A DNA stretch of 64,000 nt, taken from positions 1-64,000 of the forward strand of contig NIVC01003988.1 in the NCBI GenBank assembly GCA_002269645.1. The letters run 5' to 3'. Shown piece after piece: positions 39,571 to 50,780 of the stretch. Source of the DNA: Macrostomum lignano (taxonomy: Eukaryota). The notes beneath the pieces are model-generated. The model was not told where the DNA came from. It saw nothing but the letters and a program-made list of their open reading frames with translations, and searched no databases. A program made the translations under genes and the position numbers. The first letter of the stretch is position 1, and the number at the start of each line of letters is the position of its first letter.

Positions 39571-40000
39571 TTCCTGCCGAGCTCCGATACTGAAGCATCA
39601 TTTTTTATTTTATTCGAAGTTTCTTGACTTGACTCGGCTGAACTAAAATATGTACAACCATTGCGCTAGGCAGATGGTAATGCCGCTTTTTTTCCAACAG
39701 TAGCACATCAAGACTTTGTTGGGAATTTTGGTTTTATTTCTTTTGTGGAAAATTTAGTGGGGAGAAAAGTCAGTTTTGCTAGTGGATTTATTGTTGACTT
39801 AGAAAGCAAGGTAGAGCTGTAGCTCGCAAAGTGGAGAAACTTACAAAAGAAAGATTAACACAATTATGAGCTAAATTTGGTTGCCTAGTTGCTAAGCAAG
39901 AGAGATTATCAGTGAGTGCTGCATTTATGGTTTTTTAATGAAAATTCTGAAAGACAGTGCTTTATAGAGTTTCTGAAGCTTGAAGACAAACAAAGTCAAT

Positions 40001-40462
40001 GTCACAGCCAATATGGTGCTATTGGACGCAAAAGCTGTCACGTGACTTGCCACAGCCAATTTGCTGCTATTGGACGCAAAAGCTGTCACGTGACTTGCCA
40101 CAGCCAATATGCTGCTATTGGATGATGCAACAGCTGTCACGTGACTTGCCACAGCCAATATGCTGCTATTGGATGACGCAACACCTGTCACGTGACTTGC
40201 CACAGCCATATGCTGCTATTGGATGACGCAACAACTGTCACTGTCACGTGACTTGCCATAGCCAATATTCTGCTACGAGTATTGGATGATGCAACAGCTG
40301 TCACGTGACTTGCCACAGCCAATATGCTGCTATTGGATGATGCAACAGCTGTCACGTGACTTGCCACAGCCAATATGCTGCTTTTGGATGATGCAACAGC
40401 TGTCACGTGACTTGCCACAGCCAATATGCTGCTATTTGATGATGCAACTGTTGTCACGTGAC
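40001..40462. repeat. ~51-bp minisatellite with GTCACGTGAC palindrome and CCAAT/ATTGG inverted pair
   Basis: Nine copies of GTCACGTGAC; unit CACAGCCAATATGCTGCTATTGGATGATGCAACAGCTGTCACGTGACTTGC. Confidence 0.93.
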
Positions 40463-40716
40463 TAGTATGAGGCCCACAAGAAACAATACGCTGTAGCATG
40501 GTAATAGCAGTAGTATACAAAGCTGACATACTTGATAGAAGTTTACATGTGTCAATATGAAAGGTTAGCCTGCCATGGAATGAATCTTCCTCACTATAGA
40601 TGAACAGAGACGATAAGCTCGTAGGAGAAATACACGAGCTATGGGAAGAACAGTGGCTTTGCTCGAGTTTTAGCTCTGAATTTTAAACAGTTTTTTAATC
40701 TTCACGCACTCTGCCG

Positions 40717-41127
40717 TCACCGCGACTGCGGCCTCCGTGTGGGCGACTTCCACCAATCCCAGGTGGCAATGGCCGAGTCCGACGCCGCATCCCCCTCAGC
40801 ATCTTGAGCGCCGGCGCAAGAGAGCTCCACGGTGAGCAGGTCGCAGTCTTGCGACAGGCTGACTGTCAGGCTCTGGCCCAGCCTGTTGATGGCCCGGCTG
40901 GACCGGAACTGCTGCGAGCCGTGCGGCAGGTAGGGAAAGTCCGAGATGGGCAGCGGAGGTGGAGGCGTTGACGGCGGCGGCGGCGGCTGCGAAGGCTGCG
41001 GAGGCGGCGTCGGGACAGGCCGTTCGGCTTCTGCCGGACCTTCGGGCGCGACTTTGGCGGCGTGCCGACGACTGCGCTGAGCTTGTCGGCAGCACCGGCG
41101 GCAAAGGCTGGCCAGGCAGCAACCCAT
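40717..41127 (-). CDS. Small orphan protein (136 aa from MGCC) with possible N-myristoylation/palmitoylation start
   Basis: MGCCLASLCRRCC start, Pro-rich middle, stop at 40717. An upstream acceptor-like CCCTCAG suggests a 5' exon or trans-splice site. Confidence 0.45.
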   Translation of the reverse strand: MGCCLASLCRRCCRQAQRSRRHAAKVAPEGPAEAERPVPTPPPQPSQPPPPPSTPPPPLPISDFPYLPHGSQQFRSSRAINRLGQSLTVSLSQDCDLLTVELSCAGAQDAEGDAASDSAIATWDWWKSPTRRPQSR

Positions 41128-41194
41128 GCCGCCTGTCATGCCCGCTGCGGCCGCCCGTGCGGTGGCCCCGGCCTGAGGGTTGGCAGGTGTCCTC

Positions 41195-41765
41195 ACGTCA
41201 CCCTCTGTGTCACCCTCTGGCCTCCTATGTGTCACCCTCTGGTCCCCTCTGTGTCACCCTCTGGTCCCCTCTGTGTCACTCTCCGTGTCCCCTCTGGTCC
41301 CCTCTGTGTCACTCTCCGTGTCCCCTCTGTGTCACCCTCTGGCTTCCTATGTGTCACCCTCTGGTCCCCTCTGTGTCACCCTCTGGTCCCCTCTGTGTCA
41401 CTCTCACTGTCCCCCCTGTGTCACTCTCCCTGTCTCCTCTGTGTCACCCTCTGGTCCCCTCTGTGTCACTCTCCCTGTCTCCTCTGTGTCACTCTCCCTG
41501 TCCCCTCTGTGTCACTCTCCCTGTCCCCTCTGTGTCACTCTCCCTGTCCCTCTGTGTCACTCTCCCTGTCCCCTCTGTGTCACTCTCCCTGTCCCCTCTG
41601 TGTCACTCTCCCTGTCCCCTCTGTGTCACTCTCCCTGTCCCCTCTGTGTCACTCTCCCTGTCCCCTCTGTGTTACCCTTTGGTCCCCTTTGTGTCACTCT
41701 CTTGGCTTTTATGTGACACTCGTCCTGTTCCTTGTCTCTTGTCTCCGTTGTTCACCACTGTGTCA
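41195..41765. repeat. 21-24-bp C/T-rich minisatellite (CCCTCTGTGTCACTCTCCCTGTC)
   Basis: Tandem copies upstream of the MGCC ORF. Confidence 0.93.
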
Positions 41766-42089
41766 CTCTTCCCTAATGTGACTCTCTAATCTCCATTTCC
41801 ATGTTTTGTCTCTTGTCTTTAATCTTTTGTAAGGATGCTCTTTGATAATTGCAAGGACGGTCTTTTTGTCAGCTTAATATGCGTTACTAAGGAACCGATT
41901 CTTTAAAGTCTATTTTTAGACGGCCTGCAGAAAAAAATCCCGGCCGCCTCATCAAGGCTCTGTGAGGCCGCTGCAGCGCTCAATGTTAGAGAGAACAGCA
42001 GAGGGTCGGACCCGGGGAGCTGACTGCGGCCCTCAGCTGCTCTTAGAGAAACTAGTTTTAGGAATCATAAGATTCACAATATGCAAACT

Positions 42090-42395
42090 CTACAACCCTA
42101 CACCACAGCTCCACAACCTTACACCACAGCTTCACAACCTTACACCCCAATCTTCACAACTCTACACCCCAATCTTCACAACCCTACACCGAAGCTCCAC
42201 AACCTTACACCACAGCTTCACAACCCTACACCCCAAGCTCCACAACCTTACACTCAAGCTCCACAACCCTACACCCAAGCTCCACAACCCTACACTCAAG
42301 CTCCACAACCTTACACCCAAGCTCCACAACCCTACACCCAAGCTCCACAACCCTACACCCAAGCTCCACAACCTTACACCACAGCTCCACAACCC
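42090..42395. repeat. 21-bp minisatellite (CTACACCCAAGCTCCACAACC)
   Basis: About 14 copies abutting the 5' end of the LINE fragment. Confidence 0.93.
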
Positions 42396-42396
42396 T

Positions 42397-43258
42397 CCGC
42401 GCTGTGGTGCTCCGCGCGTACAACGTGCCTGAGCAGCTGATCTCCGCCATCATGGCGATGTACCGTGATACGACAGCTGCTGTAACAACACCGGACGGCC
42501 TATCGGAATCCTTTGAGACATCCTCCGGAGTACTTCAGGGAGATACGCTGGCGCCGTTCCTGTTCGTCCTGGTGCTTGACTGGGTGCTGCGGACTGCTCT
42601 TCCTACCGACGACGACGGTTTTCTGCTGCGGCGACGCGTGGGTCGACGTCAACCGGAGAAGCGGCTCAGCGTGCTTGGCTACGCCGACGACTCGCCCTGC
42701 TGTCCTCGACCGTCGAGGGCGCCCAACGGCAGCTGGACAGGCTAGTTGCCGTTGCGGCGAGTGTCGGCGTGGTGGTCAACACGCAGAAGACCGTTGTGCT
42801 CTGCCTGCCGGACGACATCGAGGCTGCAATATTCTGCCGAGGCGCTGACGGGCAGGCGACCGAACTCCCGCGATGTCAGAAGTTCGTCTACCTCGGCGGT
42901 CTGGTTCCAGACGCTCGCGAGGACCTGCGACGCCGCCGCGGGCTTGCCTGGGCTGCCTTTCGTTCTGTGAGGGCAGTCCGAGGCCCTACCGGACCGCCAG
43001 AGGGCGGCACTGTTCCAGGCGGTAATCGAGAGCGTCCTGTTGTACAACGCCGAGGCCTGGACGCTGATGGACTCACTCGAACAGCAAGTCGATGCGGCGC
43101 ACGCTGGCCTGCTGCGCGCCGCCTTCAACATCGGCGTCGAGCGAGTCACCAACGCGGCACTCTATCGCCGCGCTGGCCTGCCACGTCCAAGTGATCTACT
43201 GCGCCGTCGGCGACTCCAGCTCGCAGGCCATCTCATCCGCGCCGAGTCGTACTGCGCA
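42397..43258 (+). mobile_element. Truncated, frameshifted non-LTR retrotransposon RT fragment (RTE-like)
   Basis: RT motifs GVLQGDTLAPFLF, GYADD, VNTQKT, FVYLG and the downstream LLYNAEAWTL...RRRRLQLAGHLIR segment typical of RTE-clade elements, spread over several frames. Confidence 0.9.
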
Positions 43259-44720
43259 CTAAACCCCAAGCTTCACAAACCCAAGAAAGGTTTTCAAGTT
43301 TACCTTCAAAGCTCACCTCATGTTCACCTCAAGTTACCAGGAGCTGCAGTCAGTCTGAGCTGCTCGGTTAAACTGGACTTGAAATAATTAAATCAACTCG
43401 ACAGAACTAATTGACGAAGCCCCAACCGCGAAGCGAAGGTCCCGCCACAGAGGCAGAGTTGAGTTGCTTGGGACTTGCTTGAGCTGCAGGTGACGGGGGA
43501 GGCAACGCGCGAGCCAGCCGGAGAGAGAACTCACAAGTCGGATTTATTATTAGCGAGATCGGCAGGCCGGCTGAGGGAAGCGCGAGGGGAAGTGCTGGGT
43601 GGTGGGAGCGGAGAAAGAGAGACTGGATGTCGGGGCCGGGCAAGGGAGAAATGCTTGGTTGGGGGGATGAGGGAGAGCTGTGAAGGCAGAGTACAGCTGC
43701 TCAGTCAGGACTCAGGACTCTCAGTGTGTGTGTGCTCAGGGTGGTTTGCGCGTCAACAAAGCCATGGAAACCGGGTGGGGCGGGGCGACAAACAGAGTAG
43801 AGATGGGGGGACAGAGCCCGACAATTTAGTAAATAATTCGTACGAAAAGGCAGTAAAGAAAAAGTTCATAATTTTCTATTGATGCTTCGGTGACTGGAAT
43901 GAATAAACAGGTCGCTCCGCAGGTGCTGGCGTACTCAATAAGCATACAATTTGTCAGGAAGCACGGGAGACTCCTCAGGTTTTGAGTCACTCTTCCGCAA
44001 TCAGGCTAATCTGCCCTAAAGCCAGAAAGTAATTGATTGAGCGATCGACGGTCTCATGGGCCTTGACAAGGTCAACATCGGTCTTTAAGCGGAAATGGAC
44101 GCTGGTTCGAGTCTGCACTCCTTCCAAAAGCTTTTCTTCGATATGGTAAAAAGTATAATACGCAACATATCGTTTATTTGGAGTGCTGTCTCTGTCTCAT
44201 GAGTCTCGCAACTTAGAGATAAGTCCAGAGGCCTTACGTGCTTAGCCAAGGGCAGGAAAAGGCATTCGTCAAGTGGCCCGAGGCGCGGTTCATTCCCGAC
44301 TTGAGCTGTCACTCAACTTTCCCTTCTTTCAGGACGGAGTGGCTGAGTTTCTAAGAAAAAAGGCGAGCATCATCGATGCATCGATTCAGAGAGGCTGTTG
44401 CTTCCCGTCAGTCTCTCAACCGGGCCAAACACCCAGACTGCTCTACTCATAGTAGAATGGCTAGTTTTTGACGCTGGCATGGCGGCTTGGATTAAAAATG
44501 AGACAAGTTAGAAAACCAGGGTCTGGCCCTCATGCGCGTGGGAGCAAACGCGTTTCTATTCACCGACTCCCGCAATAGTCTATGGCCCGAACCCCCACTT
44601 GCCGCTTTTACAAAGAAGCGCTACGCAATCAAACTACAAATTCCATGCCCCTGGGTGTTCACAAGCGGAACTGGCTGACGGCATCGGAACTCTACCTTCG
44701 ATTCATTCGACCCTTGCGGC

Positions 44721-47043
44721 ATGTGGGCGCGGTACGGCGACCCGGACAGGTCCGACACCACCGTCGGTATCCGGATGCAGCTCAGCAGCAGCGACGAGCT
44801 CCGCCAGCAGCAGCAGCAGCACAGCAGCGGGGCCGCGGGAGGCGACACCGACAGCGAGTCACCGCTGCAGGTGGCGCCGCTCCGCCGGCTGCACTACCGG
44901 CACCCGCGCCCGGCCAATCCTGACGACAGCGTGGCGGCCATCCTTGACCGCGCCTCCGTGCTGCTCAGCCAGCACCCGCACACCTTCAGCTTCATGGACA
45001 GCAGCGAGCGCGGAAGCGACGAGACGACGGCCAGGCCGACTCCAACGGGACGAGGCGACCGGGACTTCTACAGGATCCGGGCGGCCGTCTGCCACGGCCA
45101 CATGCAGGCTGGGCGGGCGGGCAGGTCGCAGCCTCCGCAACCGCCACCGCCGCCACCACCACCGCCGCCGCCGCCGCCGCCGCCGCCCCGCCGCCACCAC
45201 AGGAACCCGGCCTGGCGACCCCCTACGACGCTCGGTCGGCAGCCAGCACTCGGACGCGGTACTTCTTTGAGAGCACCTTTCTGAGCAGCCTGCCCGTAGC
45301 CGCGGCCAAGGAGGCCTCGGAGAGCTCGCCGACTGAGGTCTGCACGCCGTTGCAGCCGCCGCCAGTCGCCGACTCGGCGACAGTTGGCACCGCGGAGCGG
45401 TCGCTGTGCGCCGTCTTCCGCTGCTCCGGCCCGGATAGGCCACTCCGGCCGCCGCCCGTCGTGCAGCTGCGGACACCGCGCGGCCGGCCGGAGGCCCGCG
45501 ACAGCCGCACGGCCGCCTGCCAGACCGACACGGCCGACCTGCCGCAGCCGGGCTCGGCGCCGATTCGCTCCGACGACACCGACAACGTGGCGCCGGACTT
45601 TGAATCCCTGGAGCCTCTGCCGCCGCCTCCGCAGAAGCCACCGGAGCCTCGAGAGGAGCCGCCACCGAGGAATTCGGGGGGGCTTCGACGCCGATCGGCC
45701 AGTCACCTGGGCTGCCGGAGGGACGAGAGACCCCAAGAGACGACCACGAGAGAGCAGCAGCGGTGGCCGCCAAGGCAGCTCCGGCTTATTGGAGACGAAC
45801 TGACCAGCGAGGATGAGCCGATAGGGCAGCGGGATGAGCAGCCTCAGCGGCAGATGGAGCTGCTGCAGCATCAACGGCCCGAGCGCCAGCAGCTCATAGA
45901 AAGCCGCCTTAGAAATGCCGAGTCCGCAGAGGAGGCCGCCGGAGTTCTTCGGGTTGTCGGCCGACGGCTGAACGCATTTTTCTGCCCGGGCCGCGGCTGC
46001 TGCGGTGCTTCTTCCGCCAAGACGGCGGCTGGGGAGGCGGCAGCGGCGGCGGCTGCGGCTGCAACTGCGGGGACATCGGCAGAGTCGTCTTCGTCAGCAG
46101 CTCGAATCACGGAGGAGTCCGCGAACGACTGGCAGCAGGCGATGCCATTGGAGCCGCGAGCTGACGCCGGCGTCGGCCGAAGGGCGGCTGCCACGGCGAC
46201 GGCGCCGTACCCGGCGCAGCAGTGGGCGCGGCAGTCGGAGACGGCCCGCTCGCTGGTCGCCGAGTCGACGAGCGCCAATGAAATTCTGGCTGACGAGGCC
46301 AGCAGCGACAGCGACTCAACCAGGCGACCGCAGAGGCTGCCAAGCTGGCGGGGCCAGCAGCCCGAGAGGCGGCGCGGCTCGGCAGACACGAACATGAACA
46401 GCCGACAATCCAGCCGGAGAGACTCGCCGAAGTCACCGACGGCGACGGCTACTCCGGCGAAGGCGGACGGCGGCGGTCTGGACAGCCTCGTGCAGACTCT
46501 GGACCGGGCGGCTCGAAGGCGGCGGCGGCAGCAGAGGCGGCACCCGTTCGCCGATGCCTCGGCGGTTTCCTCGCGTACAGCGACACCGTCGAGTCGAAGA
46601 AGCTGCCAGCGCCGGCCGCAGCAACTTGAGCGGCGGCAGCCGCAGCGACCCTGCGTGGAGCACTGCCGATTTCAAATCTGCGAGGTCACCTGCGAGTTGG
46701 GCAGCCCGGGGCTCGCCGGGACCGACGCTGATGACGAAGACGAGCGCTGCTGACGGAGGGCGGGGCCGAGGCGCGGGCGGACGGCAACCAGTCCAACGCA
46801 GTCAGTAGGCGCAGCTGCAGAAACCGAACGATCGGCAGCGGAGCTTCCGCGACTCGGTGCAGCTCGCTGTCGAAGCGGCAGGGGCGGCGGCGGCGGCGGC
46901 GGCCGCAGCAGGGCAGCGAGGAGGCCCTGATCGGGTCCGTGGCGGAGTCGCTGGTGGCGCTGTCCAGGGACCTGCAGCTGTGCGTGCACACCATCCGGGA
47001 CACAGTGACGGAGCTGCAGCGGTGCAGCGACGACAGTGACTGA
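44721..47043 (+). CDS. Orphan disordered Pro/Arg/Ser-rich protein (~770 aa) with two apparent 1-nt frameshifts
   Basis: Frame 44721 reaches a poly-Pro CCG tract and continues as PPPQEPGLATPYDARS...YFFESTF in the 45350-46753 frame (shift ~45188). After ~46745 it continues as LLTEGG...ESLVALSRDLQLCVHTIRDTVTELQRCSDDSD* ending at 47043. Confidence 0.55.
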
Positions 47044-48237
47044 CTGCGGAGACTTTGCCGACTCTCGCCTTGCGCTCAATATAGTTCGCTCGTAGATATA
47101 TTTAAGTTTGCCACTTCTCTGTCTAAATAATACATTACTATTGGGTAATATTTCATATCAAAACTGGAGGGACATTCAAAGCTGAGCAGGCGTTGCCGCT
47201 GCGCATTTCGAGCCGGTAGAGTGTAAGCTTTGGCTATGTAGCATTTTTTAGTCAATAAGCCATCACTTACAGTGCTGTTCCTGACTTTTCTTTACACAGA
47301 ATTGCCGAACCTGGGCAGGGAGTCTCTATACTCGGGTTCGTAGAAAAGAAGAATTAATCAAGGTGATGTAACCACGCTCTGGTCGCGGGATAGGGCAGGG
47401 GAACTTTTTCGAAAGTGCCTCCTATCGCCGTGCACCCCCTGCACAGAGCTGTTGAGACTCGGCCAGGTCTTCGACCAGGCCTGGAGACTCCCGCTCTGCT
47501 GCACCCCCTGCTGCCTGGCTCCGTCTCCCCTGCCGCCACACTTGCCTTTCCGGAGCTCCCCCTCCCTCTTTGTACCTCCCCCTCTACCTTATCTCCCCTG
47601 CGCGCCTCCCTATTCTCTATGCACTCTTCCTGTCTCCCCTCTTTTTGCCCCTCTTCGCCCTATTTTCCTGCGCTGTCCTCCCTTTCTCTGCGTCTACTTA
47701 CAGTATTCTGTGCGCTCACCGCCACCCCATCCCTTCTCAAACTCCCAAACGGTGACGCAAGTCGTGTGACCCCTTCTTCCCCTCGATGACTCATCGATGA
47801 CTCATCCCCCTCTCTTGCGCAACCTTTTCTCACGCTATTGTTCTCCTCCCCAAATATCTCATGCGGCACCCACCCCACAGCTTCTATAGTTCTCGTTTTT
47901 GATTCTATTGTTCTCTTTACCCCCACCAATTATCACATTTTCTCCGATTTTCTCTCTCTATTGTTCTCGTTTTCGCACCTAATTATCACCTTTTCTCCAA
48001 TGTTTGCTTTTCTATTGTTCTCGATTCTCCCCAATTATCCCCGATTTCCAATTCCTTTGTTCTCGACCCCAGCCCCATTGTTCTCAATGTTTGCTTGCGC
48101 AACACTCCCGCGACCTCCCGCTGCGCCAATTATCCCCCCACCCCACCTCCGGATTGCGCAATTCTCCCATTTCTCATGTTGCTATGCCGGTCTCATGCTT
48201 CTCATCATGACTCATTCTGACGTCATTCTGCCGCCAG

Positions 48238-48298
48238 CCAATCAGAGAGAGGGAGTCATGGAAACGACCTTGGAGCGGCGGCTGGGAAGGCTATATAA
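48238..48298 (+). promoter_or_regulatory. CCAAT + TATA promoter-like module 1 inside the LTR-like element
   Basis: AGCCAATCAG (CCAAT 48238-48242), TATATAA 48292-48298, downstream donor GTAAGT at 48656. Confidence 0.5.
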
Positions 48299-49251
48299 GG
48301 AAGCGGTTTTCGGCATGAGAATCCTCAACCTTGGGACACCCGGTTCCGACCCGGTTCGACCTTCGGGCTCCTCGTCTTTCTTTGGACTTGCTGTCAGACG
48401 TAGCTCTGACCTATTCGTCTATAGGACGAACCTCTGCCGGTCCGCGGTCTGTTACCGCCAAGTTATCTCCAGCTCCCCGAGTGAGCTCGCCTATCGGCCA
48501 GCGGTCTGATCCCGCCCAGCATCATCAGCATCGCCTGATCTACATCAGCGCCTCGTCGCTCTAGCGCATCGCCGCTTCACTGTCCGCCTGACTGCAGCCT
48601 ACAGCCGCCCTCGGTCACTCCGTCTCTCTCTCTCTCTCTCTCTGTGCAGCTGCCGGTAAGTTCCTATTACTAATTTGTGCTCTAATCGCCTTGCTTATCC
48701 GGGGTTTGCCTATTTGCCATTGTCTGATTAGAGAGCTGAGCCAATTGTGATACCGTAACTTTTGCTGTATTTTACTCAATAGTGAAGCCGCCTAATTGCC
48801 TGACTATTTGCCTAAGGGCCTAATTATTAAGTATTAACTAACCTCATCATTATTCACTCTCTCACCATCATTTCACTCATGGCTTGCTAAGCCGTTCTCC
48901 CGGGGTGGCGAAGCATAAGGAAGTTTGGGTAAGCTAATGGCCTCTCCCCGTGCAAAGCTCGCCTGCGAGTGCGTGCTGCGGGGCCGTGTGTGCGTGCAAT
49001 AGAGGGATTAGCGAGTCTTGGCACAGAATGGCAGTAGGAAGGTTGCAACCCCATGCTGACGCGTCCCTTCGCCCTGAGCAATCTAAACTATAGACAGTAC
49101 ATGTTCGCCTCATACTACTCTTAGTAATCCAATGTAGAGTATTATATCTCCCAGAAAAGTTATTTAAAATTGTTAACGTACTACTTAAATAGTTGTAATT
49201 TGAGGAGCATGTATAAGGATATGCGCTGAACCATACATATATTCGAATTAA

Positions 49252-49546
49252 CCAATAGAAAGAGAGAAATCTCGAGCATGCTAATTTTAGAAATCACCCA
49301 ATCACGTGCGACCAACAACTGTCAATTCAAACCCCACCTTCAAGTCATCATTTGGTTTGCACTCGGGTTGCACCCGGATGAACCAATCAAAGTCTACCAG
49401 CTACGGTAACCAATCATGCGCTTTTACAGTAGACTAGTTGCGCAACTTTCTACCCTGTCATGCTTGACAGCCACCGAATCGTGACCCTTTGACATTTGCA
49501 AAGACAGTGATGTACGACCTCGAGAGAGGTCTGAACGCCTATAAAT
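49252..49546 (+). promoter_or_regulatory. CCAAT cluster + TATA promoter-like module 2 inside the LTR-like element
   Basis: CCAAT at 49252, 49298, 49383 and 49410; TATAAAT 49540-49546; downstream donor GTAAGC at 49655. Confidence 0.55.
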
Positions 49547-50780
49547 ACAAGTGGTCCGGAACGGACCCGGAGCCACAATTCCTCCGGAAGGAGAAGAGCT
49601 CCGAAGAGGAAGCCACTACAGGACTTCCTACAGAAGACTCGTCGAGTTCTTGCGGTAAGCCTTACTCATTTGCGCCTGTGTTTTGAGACGTCTCGTTGGA
49701 GTTTAGTTTGAGTCTGTTGAGACTCCTGAGTCTGTCTAGACTCTACTGGTTGCAGTCTCCAGAAGGACTGCCCCTGATAGATCTTAGAAGACTATCAGTG
49801 GTTTCCGGAGCTATACCTAGAGTGCATAGAGGCACTGCTAGAAGGAGTAGGCTTATATTAAACCGCAGTTTGGCGCAGGGTACCCATTGTTAATTTGGAA
49901 GCTTCTTATTGGTCCGAACGACAGATACCGGCCGGCAAAAGAAGAAAAGAGAAACTCGGACCAGGACTACAAGTCGAGTCGAATTCAGGCCTGAACTACA
50001 GATCGAGATCTACACGAGATCTACGAAGGACTAAAAGAAGGAGAGATATCTCATAAGAAGTCAAGGTAATTGAATACTTTCGTTTGAATTACTGGGTTGC
50101 CTAGCTAAAGAGCTAGAAGTGATTGTTCTTTGATTACCGAAGTCGGGTAATAAGGAACACATCACCAAGTCGCAAGTCAGCCTCGCTCACAGCCACAAAG
50201 GATCCCCTGCTGAGAAATCCTCCAGATTGAGCCCAGAGTTCCCGATCATGCCCCAAGCAGAGTCCCTGTACTCGGCTGCATGTGTCTCCCCTGTTGGCCT
50301 AAATCTCCTGGTAACCATCCCAGGCGGGGCTCTAGCCTCGAGAGGTCTGGTAGAAAGATCTAGGTGCGCCAGGTCACATAGAGTGGTGGCAGCCACTCGG
50401 TCATACTATGACCGAGTGACCAACTATTGCACCTTGGCTACAGGTGGGGTCCATGTGGGTCCTTAGCCCTCTGGTCACAAAGCGCTACCAAAGCTATCAA
50501 TCATGTGGGCGGGACAGTCTGGTGCTGGAGGTCCGTCAGGTCATTGCCCGGTCATAGGCAGCCTACGGTCATTGCCCCCTCTAGTCATGCGTTCGTCTCT
50601 CTACGGAGCGGACAGGCGACAAGGGCGGTTACATCAAAGGACTAAAAAATGATTGCCAAGAGTTACAGACTTCCAGTTCCTTTGCTTGGAAGTTTTACGG
50701 TGTTGTATTTTAACTCTCAAAAACTTTACCAGTGTGTGAGACGAAATTTTGATGCAATTCTTCATCATATCTGTGCAGCT

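Larger units (their letters stand above)
47364..50636. mobile_element. 3.27-kb non-coding element with TG...CA ends, 10-bp terminal inverted repeat and 4-bp TSD (solo-LTR-like, possibly gypsy)
   Basis: TGATGTAACC at 47364-47373 and GGTTACATCA at 50627-50636; AAGG on both flanks (47360-47363 and 50637-50640); no recognisable gag/pol ORF inside. Confidence 0.7.

Noticed and set aside
44075-44125. tRNA-like GGTTCGAGTC motif
   Set aside because: No cloverleaf could be built.
43400-44580. Second LTR-like or repeat-derived block
   Set aside because: The composition is suggestive, but no terminal repeats, TSD or coding motif could be identified.
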